64,000 nucleotides of DNA from an uncultured delta proteobacterium (GTDB lineage Bacteria > Desulfobacterota > Binatia > UBA9968): contig CAVYTU010000013.1 of assembly GCA_963771465.1 (NCBI GenBank), positions 256,001 through 320,000 of the forward strand. Reading direction: 5' to 3'. A model generated the notes under the pieces. It saw only the letters and a program-made list of their open reading frames with translations, did no database searches and was not told the DNA's origin. Made by a program: the position numbers and the translations under genes. Each line of letters begins with the position of its first letter. Position 1 is the stretch's first letter. Shown piece after piece: positions 52,611-63,213 of the stretch.

Positions 52611-53744
52611 ATGGTAGCATCGACACCCCGAATAATAGCATGGGCAACAGCGGCATTAATCGTTATCGGAAATTTTACCAATCTCGCGTTCGCCGCCGAT
52701 GCGAAATCCTCGGCGCCGAGCGAGTGGGAGCGTACCGTCGAGGCGGCGAAGAAGGAAGGCAAGCTGAGCGTCTATCTGTGGCACGGCAGCGATTTGGAGA
52801 AAGTCGTCCAGCAATTCGAGAAAAAGTATCCTGACATCAAACTCACCACCGTCGGCGGGCGCGGATCAAGCTTCATCACCCGCATCACCAGCGAAATCCG
52901 CGCCGGCAAGAATCTCGCCGATGTCTGCATTTGCGGCGTCACCTCGCCGTTCAAGATTTTTCACGAACAGATGAAAGCATTGGAACCGCTCAAGCCGGCA
53001 TTGATGCTGCCGGAGGTCAAAGACGAAAGTAAATGGTGGCAGGGCAAACAGCACTATCAAGACCCGGAAGGCCGATATCTCTTTATCTACATCGGCAGCC
53101 CGTCGGGCAGCCGCATCTTTTACAACCGTGCTCAGGTGAACCCAGCCGACTTCAAATCCTATTGGGATCTGCTCACGCCCAGATGGAAAGGTAAGATCAT
53201 TGCCATCGACCCCAACGAGTCCTCCGGCGGGTGGCGCCAGCTCTATTACCATCCGGACTTGGGCGTAAACTACGTTCGCAAGCTGCTCACGGAGATGGAC
53301 CTAACTGCGTCGCGCGACGAACGACAAACTACCGATTGGCTGGTGCAGGGGAAATATGCCATGGCGCTATTCTCCCGCGGTGTGCCCGAAGCCAAGGCGC
53401 AGGGCTTGCCGGTCGACGAAGTGAAAGAAGCCCAGTTCAAAGAAGCGCCGTCGATCTCCAGCGGCGCCAACGGCACCATCGCGCTAATGAGCAACGCGCC
53501 GCATCCCAACGCGGCAAAAGTTTTCGTCAACTGGTTTCTCTCTCGCGAAGGCCAGACGGCGGTGCAGCAGATCATGAACTCGCCGCTCGATCAAAATCAG
53601 TCCATGCGCAACGACCTGGCGGTCGACCCGGTGCCGGCGGAATCGCGGCGCCGCGACGATATCCGCTATATGCCAATCTTCACGCCCGAAACCATGGACG
53701 CCGCGCCGGTGTTGAAACTATACAAGGAACTGATGAAGAAGTGA
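52611..53744 (+). CDS. AfuA/Fe3+-type ABC substrate-binding protein
   Basis: Signal peptide, AAKKEGKL, SYWDLLTPRWKGK, APHPNAAKVFVNWFLSREGQ. Confidence 0.85.
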   Translation: MVASTPRIIAWATAALIVIGNFTNLAFAADAKSSAPSEWERTVEAAKKEGKLSVYLWHGSDLEKVVQQFEKKYPDIKLTTVGGRGSSFITRITSEIRAGKNLADVCICGVTSPFKIFHEQMKALEPLKPALMLPEVKDESKWWQGKQHYQDPEGRYLFIYIGSPSGSRIFYNRAQVNPADFKSYWDLLTPRWKGKIIAIDPNESSGGWRQLYYHPDLGVNYVRKLLTEMDLTASRDERQTTDWLVQGKYAMALFSRGVPEAKAQGLPVDEVKEAQFKEAPSISSGANGTIALMSNAPHPNAAKVFVNWFLSREGQTAVQQIMNSPLDQNQSMRNDLAVDPVPAESRRRDDIRYMPIFTPETMDAAPVLKLYKELMKK

Positions 53745-53819
53745 AAAAAACTGAACGGCTGGGCTGAAACTCATCACCGGTCTTAAACAGCTCTCGATCA
53801 CAACGGATACTTCCATTCC

Positions 53820-54968
53820 ATGACCACACTTCGTCTCGGCATCGCCGGCGCGGGCAACGCCGGCAGCGCGGTGCTCGGTAGCGCCGGCAAAGTCGCCGGT
53901 GTTGAGATCAGCGCCGTCGCCGATCGCCGCAAAGAAGCGCTCGAAGTTTGGCGCGAAAAAATTCCTGCCATTCAACTCTTCGACAGCATCGAGGCGATGT
54001 GCGCGAGTGATGCCGTCGACGCGGTATGGATAGCGACACCCAACGAGTCGCACGCCGAGCACACCCTGGTCGCGGCAGAGCATGGTAAACATATTCTGTG
54101 CGAGAAGCCGATGGCGTTAACGTTGCTAGAGTGCGATCGCATGATCGGCGCCGCGGAGCGTAATCGGGTCAAGTTTCTGCTTCACTCCAAAGCCAGCGAC
54201 CCGCCGATCGTAAAAATGCGGGAAGTTATCGACAGTGGCAAACTGGGCCGAGTGATTCAAATCAATAGCTGGAATTACAAAGGCTGGCTCACTCAGGCGC
54301 GCCTGCCGGCCGAAGTCGACACGTCGAGAGGCGGCGGCGTGGTGTTTCGCCAAGGGCCACACCAGATCGACATCGTTCGCCGGCTCGGCGGCGGCAGAGT
54401 CAAAAGCGTGCGTGCTGGCGCCGGTCAATGGAACAGCGACTTCGCCACCGAAGGCAATTTCACCGCGCTGCTGGAATTCGCCGACGGCACGCCGGCCACG
54501 CTGGTTTTCAACGGCTACGGCTTTTTCGACATGACCGAATTGACTTGGGATATTGGCGAAGGTGGGAGAAAAGTTAACAATCGCTATGAGCCCAAAGAAC
54601 GTCCCACCGGCGCGGTCGGTGCGGCTGAGCGTTACGCCATGCCGCTGCGCAGCGAAACGCGCAAAAGCGAGGGAGAAAAAAAGCAGCCTTTCTTCGGCCT
54701 CACCGTGGTCAGCTGCGAGCGCGGCGATATTCGCCAATCGCCCGACGGGCTTTATATTTACACTGCGGATGGCCGAGAAGAGATTCCCTGTCCGCCGTTC
54801 CTGGACCGCGGCATGGAGCTTAAAAAACTTTATCAGGCCGTGATCGAAAACCAGCCGGTCTTCAGCGACGCCCGTTGGGGCAAAGCCGCTCTTGAAATCG
54901 TGCTGGCCATTTTGCAATCATCGCGCGACGGCCGCACGATCATGCTAGAGCATCAGGTGCCGTGTTAG
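53820..54968 (+). CDS. Gfo/Idh/MocA oxidoreductase (cis-dihydrodiol dehydrogenase-like)
   Basis: GIAGAG, ATPNESH, CEKPMA, GGGVVFRQGPHQID, SCERGDIRQSPDG. Confidence 0.88.
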   Translation: MTTLRLGIAGAGNAGSAVLGSAGKVAGVEISAVADRRKEALEVWREKIPAIQLFDSIEAMCASDAVDAVWIATPNESHAEHTLVAAEHGKHILCEKPMALTLLECDRMIGAAERNRVKFLLHSKASDPPIVKMREVIDSGKLGRVIQINSWNYKGWLTQARLPAEVDTSRGGGVVFRQGPHQIDIVRRLGGGRVKSVRAGAGQWNSDFATEGNFTALLEFADGTPATLVFNGYGFFDMTELTWDIGEGGRKVNNRYEPKERPTGAVGAAERYAMPLRSETRKSEGEKKQPFFGLTVVSCERGDIRQSPDGLYIYTADGREEIPCPPFLDRGMELKKLYQAVIENQPVFSDARWGKAALEIVLAILQSSRDGRTIMLEHQVPC

Positions 54969-55012
54969 AAACGTAGGACCTTAAACGAGCAACATTGCAG
55001 CAAGGAGAGATC

Positions 55013-55762
55013 ATGTCGGAAATAAAAATCATCAAAGAGTTGCGGGAAAAGGTCGCGATCTCATGCCGTATCATCGGCAACCGCGGCGTCACACGCGGTT
55101 CTTTCGGCCATGTCAGCGCGCGCATTCCGGGGACTAAGAAAATTCTCATCAAGGCTAAGGGACCCGCGGAAGAAGCCCTCGAGTTCGCCGGCAAACGCGA
55201 CATCATAATGATCGACATCGACGGCAACACCCTGGACGCGCCCAAGGGACTCGAAGCGCCTCAGGAAACCGAGATGCACCTGGCGGTGTTTCGCGCCCGG
55301 CCGGAAGTAATGAGCGTGATTCACAGCCATCCCGATTGGGTGGTCGCGTTGACCGCCAGCGAGAAGCCGCTCTTACCGATTTACGCGGCGTACAATCCGC
55401 CGGGTATGCGCCTCGTGCTCGACGGTATCCCGGTCTACCCGCGCAGCGTGACGGTGGTGAACGAAGCACTGGGCAAAGATTTCATGCGCTACATGGGCGA
55501 CAAAAAAGTTTGCCTTTTGCGCGGCCACGGCATGACCACCGCGGGAAAAACCGTCGAAGAAGCGACCAGCGTGAGTTTGAATGCCTTCGAGCTGGCGCGC
55601 TTAAACTACATGGCCTACGCCATCGGCACGCCCAAATCGGTGCCGGAAGAAGACATTCGCGAATATCAAAGCCGCTGGGAAAAAGGCACGCGCAAACGCG
55701 ACAAAGAAACCGGCGAGCCATCCGATTGGCGCTACAACAAAAAGCTTTTGAAAAAAGGATAA
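55013..55762 (+). CDS. Class II aldolase/adducin family protein
   Basis: GHVSAR, ETEMHLAV, VIHSHP, LRGHG. Confidence 0.88.
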   Translation: MSEIKIIKELREKVAISCRIIGNRGVTRGSFGHVSARIPGTKKILIKAKGPAEEALEFAGKRDIIMIDIDGNTLDAPKGLEAPQETEMHLAVFRARPEVMSVIHSHPDWVVALTASEKPLLPIYAAYNPPGMRLVLDGIPVYPRSVTVVNEALGKDFMRYMGDKKVCLLRGHGMTTAGKTVEEATSVSLNAFELARLNYMAYAIGTPKSVPEEDIREYQSRWEKGTRKRDKETGEPSDWRYNKKLLKKG

Positions 55763-55768
55763 GAAGAA

Positions 55769-55845
55769 TTCACAGCGGAAGCACAGAGTTCGCAGAGATA
55801 ATTTTTATTCTCCCCTCTTAGCGACGTCTGCGCCTCGGTGGTGAA
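55769..55845. repeat. REP-like palindrome (CGCAGAG type) between convergent genes
   Basis: TTCACAGCGGAAGCACAGAG...TCTGCGCCTCGGTGGTGAA. Confidence 0.55.
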
Positions 55846-55853
55846 CTATCCTC

Positions 55854-56951
55854 TTACTTAACCACTTTCACCGCGCGCTGGAGCACTTGCGGTGGGATGG
55901 TTACGCCGATTTGTTCGGCAGTCTTGAGGTTGACCGATAGATCGAACTTTGTCGGTTGCACCAACGTCAAATCGCTCGGTTTGGCCCCTTTGAAAATCTG
56001 ATGCACGTACTCCGCCGCGCGGCGTGACAGGTCGGCCAAGTTCACGCCGTAACTCATCAGGCCGCCGGCGTCGACGAACGTGGTGCGGTCGTAGATCGCC
56101 GGCAGGCGGTTCTTGATCGACGCCTGAGCGATTTGTTCGACGCGGCTGTTGAACATCGCGTCGGATAAGATGAAGAGCGCGCTCGCGCCTCCCTTGGCGG
56201 CACTTGCGACAGCGCCATTCAGTTCATCGGCGGTGCGAGCCGCTACCGACTGAAAGCTCAGGCCCGACGCGCGCGCGCCGAGATCGGCGTCTTTCAAGCT
56301 ACGTCCATGACCGGGATTATTGGGATTGGACAGCGCCGCTACTTGCTGCGCTTTAGGCAAGATTTCTTTGATCAGTTTCAACCGGTCGCCGAAAAAGTCG
56401 GCAGACAAACGCCCCACCCCGGTGACGTTGCCACCGGGGTTCATGTAGCTCCTGATCAACCCGGCCTCGACGAGATCGCCGGCGCCGGCAACGACGATGG
56501 GAATCGTGCTGGTGGCATTTTTCGCCGCTACCGCCACGCTCGTGCCGCCGACGACGATAACGTCAACTTTCATGTCGACGAGCTCGCGCGCAAGCTGCGG
56601 CAAGCGCTCCAGTTTTCCGTCGGCGTAGCGGTACTCCAGCGTGAGGTTTTTACCTTCCTCGTAACCATGATCGCGCAACCCGTGACGCAGTGCGTCAGCG
56701 CGAACAGCGTCCAATACCTGCGTCGTAGAAACCAGCACACCGACCTTCCAAACTTTCGCCGGCTGTGCGTCAGCCACCGCTTTGCACAGGACGAATGCGA
56801 GAGCGATGGTGAGAAGCCCAGACCATTTGGGTCGGTGCGGCCGCTTTGGGTCTGCGGCGCCGCTTGCCGTCTGCGGGGCCGCTTTTAGATTGCCGGAAAA
56901 AACTCTCGCGGTTCGAGTCGTGAATGTTTGGCGCATGGGCTGTCTCCTCAT
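55854..56951 (-). CDS. ABC substrate-binding protein, ABC_sub_bind family (start uncertain)
   Basis: GYEEGKNLTLEYR, PGGNVTG, GGLMSYG, QPTKFDLSVNLKTA. Confidence 0.88.
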   Translation of the reverse strand: MRRQPMRQTFTTRTARVFSGNLKAAPQTASGAADPKRPHRPKWSGLLTIALAFVLCKAVADAQPAKVWKVGVLVSTTQVLDAVRADALRHGLRDHGYEEGKNLTLEYRYADGKLERLPQLARELVDMKVDVIVVGGTSVAVAAKNATSTIPIVVAGAGDLVEAGLIRSYMNPGGNVTGVGRLSADFFGDRLKLIKEILPKAQQVAALSNPNNPGHGRSLKDADLGARASGLSFQSVAARTADELNGAVASAAKGGASALFILSDAMFNSRVEQIAQASIKNRLPAIYDRTTFVDAGGLMSYGVNLADLSRRAAEYVHQIFKGAKPSDLTLVQPTKFDLSVNLKTAEQIGVTIPPQVLQRAVKVVK

Positions 56952-58099
56952 TGCTTCTTATCTTCCCTAGGAAAGCCGAAGGCGGCGGTGAGTTTCTCCA
57001 TGTAAACCTGCTGCTTCATCCCGTGATCCCAGTCACCGAGCGAGATTTTTTTGCCGCGCGCGAGTTCTTCAGTTTTCGACCCCGGAGAATAGATCGAAGA
57101 TTTGAACGGCTCGACGTCCCACATAATTCTTTGTCCTTCCGGGCTGGCGACGTATTCTAGGAAAAGCATGGCGGCGTTTGGCCGGCGCGTGCCTTTGACA
57201 ATCGTATGGGTCTCGGTCAAGCGCACCGGCACCGGCTCGATCAGCAAAACTTCGAGATCCTGCGCGCCGCGTTTTTTCATGCGCATGACGCCGTGGTAGT
57301 AGGTGCCGAAAAACAACCGGTATTCTCCCGCCGACATGGAATTCAGATAGCGCGTGTGGCCGCGCACCCAGATCGGCTGCTGTGCGGCGAGCTTGCGCGC
57401 GTAGGACTCCACCCATTCCAGTCCCATCGCCGGAATAAGCCCCGCGATACTGTTGGGGCGAACGTCGACGAGAAGTTTTCGCCCGCTGTGCTCTGGCTTC
57501 AAGAAATCTTCCCAACTCTTGGGCACCAAATCCGGCGGTAGTAGCTTCTTATGATACGCCGACGCATCGATGGTGGATGACAAGGCGATCACGTTTCGAC
57601 TCTCCGGATTGATCATCTTCGGCGGGATCTGCAGCACGCCCTGCTCGGCCATCGCACGCAGATCGATCTTTTCGGTATAGGGCGCATAATCTTGCTGACC
57701 TTCATTCAGCACGTTGACAATGTCCCAATCGGAAGTCCTGCCGGTCTGAAGCTCCAACAAATAACGCTGGGACTCCGCCGGGTTTCCATGCTCCTCAAAT
57801 TGCGGATTGATGAACGGATATTTTTTTCGAAAGCCATCGCGCAATGCCACAATCGTCGGCTTGTCGAAGCCCAGTAACGCGCGCAGAGCGCCTTCTTTCT
57901 GAGCCTTAGCGGCGATCTCTTCGCGCTTGCCGTCAAAGCGAAATCCTTTCGCTTCCGCTTCTTTCTGCGCCTGCATTAATCCAGCGCCGGGCGATGCGGC
58001 TTGCGCGACGGGGGTGAAAGACCAATAAGTGAGTGATAGCAAAATGATCAACAGGACATTCATCGGCTTTACCTCTCCTTTCGAAAAAGCCATCTTCAC
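56948..58099 (-). CDS. AfuA-type ABC substrate-binding protein
   Basis: KAQKEG, PKSWEDFLKP, RPNAAMLFLEYVASPEGQ. Confidence 0.8.
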   Translation of the reverse strand: MKMAFSKGEVKPMNVLLIILLSLTYWSFTPVAQAASPGAGLMQAQKEAEAKGFRFDGKREEIAAKAQKEGALRALLGFDKPTIVALRDGFRKKYPFINPQFEEHGNPAESQRYLLELQTGRTSDWDIVNVLNEGQQDYAPYTEKIDLRAMAEQGVLQIPPKMINPESRNVIALSSTIDASAYHKKLLPPDLVPKSWEDFLKPEHSGRKLLVDVRPNSIAGLIPAMGLEWVESYARKLAAQQPIWVRGHTRYLNSMSAGEYRLFFGTYYHGVMRMKKRGAQDLEVLLIEPVPVRLTETHTIVKGTRRPNAAMLFLEYVASPEGQRIMWDVEPFKSSIYSPGSKTEELARGKKISLGDWDHGMKQQVYMEKLTAAFGFPREDKKQ

Positions 58100-58115
58100 T
58101 ACCTTCTCTCCCTGC

Positions 58116-59873
58116 CTAGCTCTGTTGTCCGCTCACCCGAACAATGAAGCGGCGCATCACGAGTGTCAATGGGACGAGCGCCATCATCAGCAAGACGCCC
58201 AGTGTGGCCGCTAGAGAAACATCCCCGTCAGACCAGTATTGCCACATCAGCACGGAAAAGACTTCATTCTTTTTACTCGACAGCATCAACGGAATGGAAA
58301 AAGCTCTCAAGGAATGGACTGAAACCCAGATCCAGCCGGCGGCGAAAGCCGGAAGTAGCAGCGGCAACGTGATCGCGAGCAGGGTTCGCATCGAAGTGGC
58401 ACCGCACACGTAGGCCGCTTCTTCCAGCTCCTGGTGAATTTGCCCGATGGAACTATTCATCAGCCTGGTGCCAAAGGCGATGTAACTGACGATCAACCCC
58501 ATGGCCACGATCCACAGGGTGCCATAAATTCTTAGATAACTGAGTGGCGCCGTGAGATAGGCCATGATCATCGCCAATGCGATGACGATCCCCGGGATCG
58601 AATGGGGCAGAAACATGAGCCCGTCGAGCAAAGCTTTGCCGCGGATCTTGGTGCGCACGACGATCCAAGAAACAAAGAACGCCAACAACATCGTCGCGGT
58701 CGCAGCCAATGTCATCAGAATCAAGGTGTTCCACACGACCCCGAAAAAATGCGGGCGGGAAAACACCTCGCTAAAGTTATTGAGCGAGAGCAGCGATAAT
58801 GCTGCCCAAGAGGGCGGTCGATAGCTCGGCAGCAGCGACGTCCAGAGCAAAATAGTAAATGGCGCCAAAACGGTTAAAAAGAAATAGACCACGAACAGCG
58901 TCAGCGCGACGTAGCGCCAGCGTCCCAATGAAATCACCCTTGGCCGATAGCCTTTCCCCGTCACGGTGGTGTAACGCTCGGAATGACGCACGGCGCGGCG
59001 ATAGCCCCACAGTAGGAAAAGCAACATGATCATGTAGGTGACGCCAAAAACGGCGCCGAGGCCGTAGTCAACCGGTGCCTGCAGGCGCACAGTAAAATAA
59101 ATCAAAGTGCTCAAGACAAAGATTCCCGCCGGCAATCCCACGGCTAAGGGCGCCTCGAAAGACTCCATGCTGGAGACAAATTCGTACATCGCGGCGGTCA
59201 ATACGGCTGGCAGCAACACCGGCAGAGTCACTTGGAAAAAGCTGGACGCGGCGCTAGCTTTGGAGACTCGCGCAGCTTCCTCAAGGCTCGGGTCCATCAT
59301 GCGAAAAGCGCCCACGACCATAAGAAAGATCGTCGTGACACCGCGCAGCCCGTCCAAAAAGATCAACCCGCCTAGGGAGTAAATATTGAGTGGGCCTTGG
59401 CTGACCTGAATTCCTATGGGCTCTAGCAGAGCGCGCAAAGCGAGATTGATGGCGCCGGTTTTCGGCGACAGCAATAGGGCCCAGCCGAGGGCGAACAATA
59501 CTCCGGGCACAGCCATTGGGATCAGGATCAACGTCCAGGCCAGATTGCGCAGCGGCATATCGGTGCGCTCGATCATCCAGGCAAAAAGAATCGCGATGGA
59601 CAGCGTGATGACCGTTCCCACCACCGACAGCACAATAGTAGTTCCCAGGGCGCGATAGAAAGCGGGCAAAGAGTAGGCCGACAGGTAGTTCTGTAACGTC
59701 CAACCCTCGGGCATCGCCGGATGGCCGAGTTGGAAACTATTGACGATCAATCTGACGAGCGGGACGAGAATCAGCAAGAGGAGAAAACCGGTGGCGCAGA
59801 TCAAGACCAGATTGCTTTTGATCTGGCTCCACAGAGTCCCGGTCCTGATCTGGGTGAGAACGGCGGTGCTCAT
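58116..59873 (-). CDS. FbpB-type (iron/thiamine family) ABC permease
   Basis: ERTDMP, two LEEAA loops, YTTVTGKGYRP; alternative start 59900. Confidence 0.9.
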   Translation of the reverse strand: MSTAVLTQIRTGTLWSQIKSNLVLICATGFLLLLILVPLVRLIVNSFQLGHPAMPEGWTLQNYLSAYSLPAFYRALGTTIVLSVVGTVITLSIAILFAWMIERTDMPLRNLAWTLILIPMAVPGVLFALGWALLLSPKTGAINLALRALLEPIGIQVSQGPLNIYSLGGLIFLDGLRGVTTIFLMVVGAFRMMDPSLEEAARVSKASAASSFFQVTLPVLLPAVLTAAMYEFVSSMESFEAPLAVGLPAGIFVLSTLIYFTVRLQAPVDYGLGAVFGVTYMIMLLFLLWGYRRAVRHSERYTTVTGKGYRPRVISLGRWRYVALTLFVVYFFLTVLAPFTILLWTSLLPSYRPPSWAALSLLSLNNFSEVFSRPHFFGVVWNTLILMTLAATATMLLAFFVSWIVVRTKIRGKALLDGLMFLPHSIPGIVIALAMIMAYLTAPLSYLRIYGTLWIVAMGLIVSYIAFGTRLMNSSIGQIHQELEEAAYVCGATSMRTLLAITLPLLLPAFAAGWIWVSVHSLRAFSIPLMLSSKKNEVFSVLMWQYWSDGDVSLAATLGVLLMMALVPLTLVMRRFIVRVSGQQS

Positions 59874-59889
59874 CAGGTCGGCAACTTGA

Positions 59890-60960
59890 CTATTTCGCAA
59901 AACCCCACAGCGAAAGAATCTTTTTTGTGATCGCCTGCTCCGGGTCGGACTCGCCCAGCCCTCTTAAAACTGTCTTGGCGCCGGCTTTCTGCAGCTGCTT
60001 CCAAAGCTCGCTGCCGGCGGCGAAAGGCGACGCCCGGCCGATCTGTTCGTAGCCTTTCTGTCCCGCTGGTGACGCTAGCCAACCCGCCAGCAACAAGGCG
60101 GCGTTCGAGTTTTTCGCTCCTTTGACTACGGTCATCGTCGTGCTCACGCTGACCGGAACTTCCCGCGGCCACGAGAGCGCCAGATTTACTTTCGGATCAC
60201 GCCTGAGCGCGCCGTTGACGGTGTGATAGGAGATGCCACAGAACATAGGATATTCTCCGGCGGCGATCTGAACCAGACTCTCCGGCTGTCCCCGTTTCCA
60301 GACCGGCTGGTTATCGCGCAGCTTAGTCACGTAGTCCAAGGTCTTCGCCTCGCCCCAGACCATCGCTAGGGTCGCGAACGTGTTTGGCCGGGTGTCGACA
60401 ACCAATTTCCCCTTCCAATAGGGATTGAGACAATCGGACCAATCACGAGGGACATGCTCAGCCGCAACCAGCGTCGGATTGTAGGCAATGGCGCGCAAGC
60501 TGTACGCGATGCCAATGAAGTGACGATCGGAGCTGACCTGTACTTCTGTGATACCGGGAAACAGCTTGCGCCATTCGAAGGGACCGGCGAGGACTTGGGC
60601 TTTCAAGTATTTCGAGTAGAACTCGTTAGCGATGTCGATGAGATCGTACTCCACCAGGCCTGCCAGCGCCTCGCTCAAAATTCGTTCGCTGTATCCGACT
60701 CCCGAGCCGCGGGTGAACTCCACCTTGATCGTCGGATATTTGCCATAGAAGGCCTTCAAAACCTGCGGCACCTCCTCCGGGAAGAGATTGCTAACCATCC
60801 GCACCCGGCCTTCTTTGATCGCGAGTTTTTCTATTTCCTCGAACGTCTTGCCGAAACCAGCCGGGTCGGCAATAGCTGCACCGGCAATTGCAGCGCAAGT
60901 TGGCGCTGCGAACGCCAACAGTGCGGCTAAAAGTTTTGTCCCTCGCATCGTCGCGCTCAA
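59890..60960 (-). CDS. AfuA-type ABC substrate-binding protein
   Basis: LAIKEG, PRDWSDCLNPYWKGKLVVD, NAALLLAGWLASPAGQ. Confidence 0.82.
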   Translation of the reverse strand: MSATMRGTKLLAALLAFAAPTCAAIAGAAIADPAGFGKTFEEIEKLAIKEGRVRMVSNLFPEEVPQVLKAFYGKYPTIKVEFTRGSGVGYSERILSEALAGLVEYDLIDIANEFYSKYLKAQVLAGPFEWRKLFPGITEVQVSSDRHFIGIAYSLRAIAYNPTLVAAEHVPRDWSDCLNPYWKGKLVVDTRPNTFATLAMVWGEAKTLDYVTKLRDNQPVWKRGQPESLVQIAAGEYPMFCGISYHTVNGALRRDPKVNLALSWPREVPVSVSTTMTVVKGAKNSNAALLLAGWLASPAGQKGYEQIGRASPFAAGSELWKQLQKAGAKTVLRGLGESDPEQAITKKILSLWGFAK

Positions 60961-60975
60961 TGTCGGGCGTTAAGC

Positions 60976-61818
60976 TTACGCCGCCTGCGACTGCGGAATC
61001 TCTTCGGGCCAGTCCTTGATCGTCAGCGGTTCCGGAGGAAATCCCAATACGCTCGTATATAGATATGTTCTCCATTGGTGAAATTTGCTCACGTTCTCAA
61101 TGGTCCCGTCAAAATACTTGCGCAGGAACTCGCGCATGGGCGGGTCGAACACCGCGCGCGAGCGGCTATTGAGCGACTCGGCATCGATCTGAGCGATCTT
61201 TCGCCGCATCGGCGTTTCGCCGTATTCTTCGATCAACTGCCATACGTGGTCATGGATTTTCTGCAAAATTTTCCCGTGATGGTCGCGCTCCTCCGCATGG
61301 ACGACGGTGCGCTCGAATTCGAGCACGCGCGCATTGGTAATCTGAATCCCCCGCGTTGCCGCCGTGCAGTGACCGTAGGGCCAGAGGTTTCCGGCGATCA
61401 GGTAGCTCAAAAAATCTCGCCGTAAGAGCTCGGCATGTTTGACCCGTGGCACGAGCCCGTACTCCTGGGCAAACTCCGGATCGGGCTTGGAATGATCCCG
61501 ACTCGGGTCGACGAGGTCGGCTTGTTTGATATAACCCCAGCCGTGACCGGCCTCTGTGCGAATATGGTCGGCGAGCAGATAACGCCATTCCGGGTCCATC
61601 TCGAAGTGGCTGTAAGCATAGCAAGCGGAGCCGACGATATGTTCCAGTTCACCTCGTCCGCGAAAGCCCAGCCAGCGCGCCAACAGTTTGCGCTCGGCGT
61701 CATTTTGCGGCTCGCGCTTGTGTGGCTTGCGCTGCTCGCGCAGTTCTTCGATCCAATTGGAGATCGGATTATCGTCGCTATAGGTGATAAGTTTTCCTAC
61801 GCCTCGAACGTCAGCCAT
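60976..61818 (-). CDS. Ferritin-like-fold hypothetical protein
   Basis: Helical, with RGE, EAGH and EERDHH motifs; paralogue at 63214. Confidence 0.6.
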   Translation of the reverse strand: MADVRGVGKLITYSDDNPISNWIEELREQRKPHKREPQNDAERKLLARWLGFRGRGELEHIVGSACYAYSHFEMDPEWRYLLADHIRTEAGHGWGYIKQADLVDPSRDHSKPDPEFAQEYGLVPRVKHAELLRRDFLSYLIAGNLWPYGHCTAATRGIQITNARVLEFERTVVHAEERDHHGKILQKIHDHVWQLIEEYGETPMRRKIAQIDAESLNSRSRAVFDPPMREFLRKYFDGTIENVSKFHQWRTYLYTSVLGFPPEPLTIKDWPEEIPQSQAA

Positions 61819-61894
61819 AAGCTGCCCTCCTTAGCTTCTTAACTTGAAGTTAAACAAAACTATTACCAGAAGTTTTATCGCGCCAAGACGCCAC

Positions 61895-61922
61895 GCAGGG
61901 GCGAAACATTTTTCGCCTCTAC
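61895..61922. repeat. GTAG-family REP-like hairpin
   Basis: GCAGGGGCGAAACATTTTTCGCCTCTAC, overlapping the stop codon of the upstream gene. Confidence 0.55.
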
Positions 61923-63010
61923 TTGCGAAATCCCCAGGCCTGGAGCAGCCAGTTGACGACTTCATTCTCCTGCTCGGGGGTAAAATCCCAGCCGGAAAAA
62001 ATCACCTTCGCGCCGGCTTCTTTGATTCTCTTGCCAAACTCGCTGCCTTCGTCAAAGGGAGAGTCTCGGGCAACACCCCGGTAGGCTTTTTGGCCCTCGT
62101 CAGAGGCCAGATAACCCGCCAGCAGTAGCGCCGCATTGGGGTAGCGGGCACTTTTCGTGACAGCCATGGTCGCGTAAAGGTTTGCGCCGACCTCCTTGGG
62201 TATGGCGAGCCCTAGGGAAGTATCCCCCCCGCGCGTCACGATTCTTATGCTCGAAGAGTAGAAGGCGCCGCACATCATCGGGTACTCACCGTTAGCGATC
62301 AGCGTCACCGCGTCAGAATTACCGGCGATCCAAACCGGCTTGTTGGCCGCCAGGCGTCGGGCAAAGTCGAGCAGTTTTTCTTTTCCCCACAAGGGATACA
62401 GGCGCACGAAGCTGCCGCCCCGGCTGTCGACGACAAACTTGCCGCGCCAATACGGATCGAGACAGTCCTCCCAGCGGCGCGGCACCCGCTCCGGCGGTAC
62501 CAGTTTGGTGTTGTAGACAACCGCGTCCGTCGAGGCACCGGCGCCGACGAAGTAGCGGTCCGGACTGATGTAGACGCTCCTTATTCCGAACAAGCCCGCC
62601 CAGTCAAAAGGACCGGCCAGCATGCCAGCTTTTTTGTATTTGGGGATCAGAGAGTCGAAGACCGTCAAGAGGTCATATTCGGTTTGACCCGACAATAGCT
62701 CTGCCAGAATGGTTTCCGAAGCAGTGCGCGGAGTGGCGCGAGTGTATTCGACGTTGATTTCCGGATACTTCTCGCGAAATCCCTTGAAAAAAGTTTTCGC
62801 CTGCCGTTCATCCGGCGTGCCGGAAGTGAATCTCACCTTGCCTTCCTTCTTTGCCAAGTTGACGATCTCGGCAAAGCTTTTGCCGAAGCGCTCGGGAGCG
62901 GGGGAGGCCGCGCTTGCCGGCGTGACGGCAAGAAGAAAACTTCCGTGGAGCGCGAACGCCGCCGCCGCAATCAAATAGGAAGAAACAATTCGTACTCGCC
63001 GCCGTTTCAT
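61919..63010 (-). CDS. AfuA-type ABC substrate-binding protein
   Basis: LAKKEGKV, PRRWEDCLDPYWRGKFVVD, PNAALLLAGYLASDEGQ; paralogue of 59890-60960. Confidence 0.82.
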   Translation of the reverse strand: MKRRRVRIVSSYLIAAAAFALHGSFLLAVTPASAASPAPERFGKSFAEIVNLAKKEGKVRFTSGTPDERQAKTFFKGFREKYPEINVEYTRATPRTASETILAELLSGQTEYDLLTVFDSLIPKYKKAGMLAGPFDWAGLFGIRSVYISPDRYFVGAGASTDAVVYNTKLVPPERVPRRWEDCLDPYWRGKFVVDSRGGSFVRLYPLWGKEKLLDFARRLAANKPVWIAGNSDAVTLIANGEYPMMCGAFYSSSIRIVTRGGDTSLGLAIPKEVGANLYATMAVTKSARYPNAALLLAGYLASDEGQKAYRGVARDSPFDEGSEFGKRIKEAGAKVIFSGWDFTPEQENEVVNWLLQAWGFRK

Positions 63011-63090
63011 GTTTCCTCCTTCACCTATACTTCTCGCCGTTCAAGAAACTATCTCGCAATAACGGAAACTCCGAATCTGTTGACCTCACC

Positions 63091-63145
63091 TATCATTTCG
63101 AGCGCAGCGAGAATCTTGGATCCCTCGCGTTCTCTCGGGATGACA
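63091..63145. repeat. TGTCAT...ATGACA-type REP-like palindrome
   Basis: TATCATTTCGAGCGCAGCGAG...CTCGCGTTCTCTCGGGATGACA. Confidence 0.65.
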
Positions 63146-63213
63146 ACCAAACGTTGAATGACCAAACGATCCATTCTCACCCGGCGGAGGCAACAATCCA
63201 CCGGTGAAATTCC

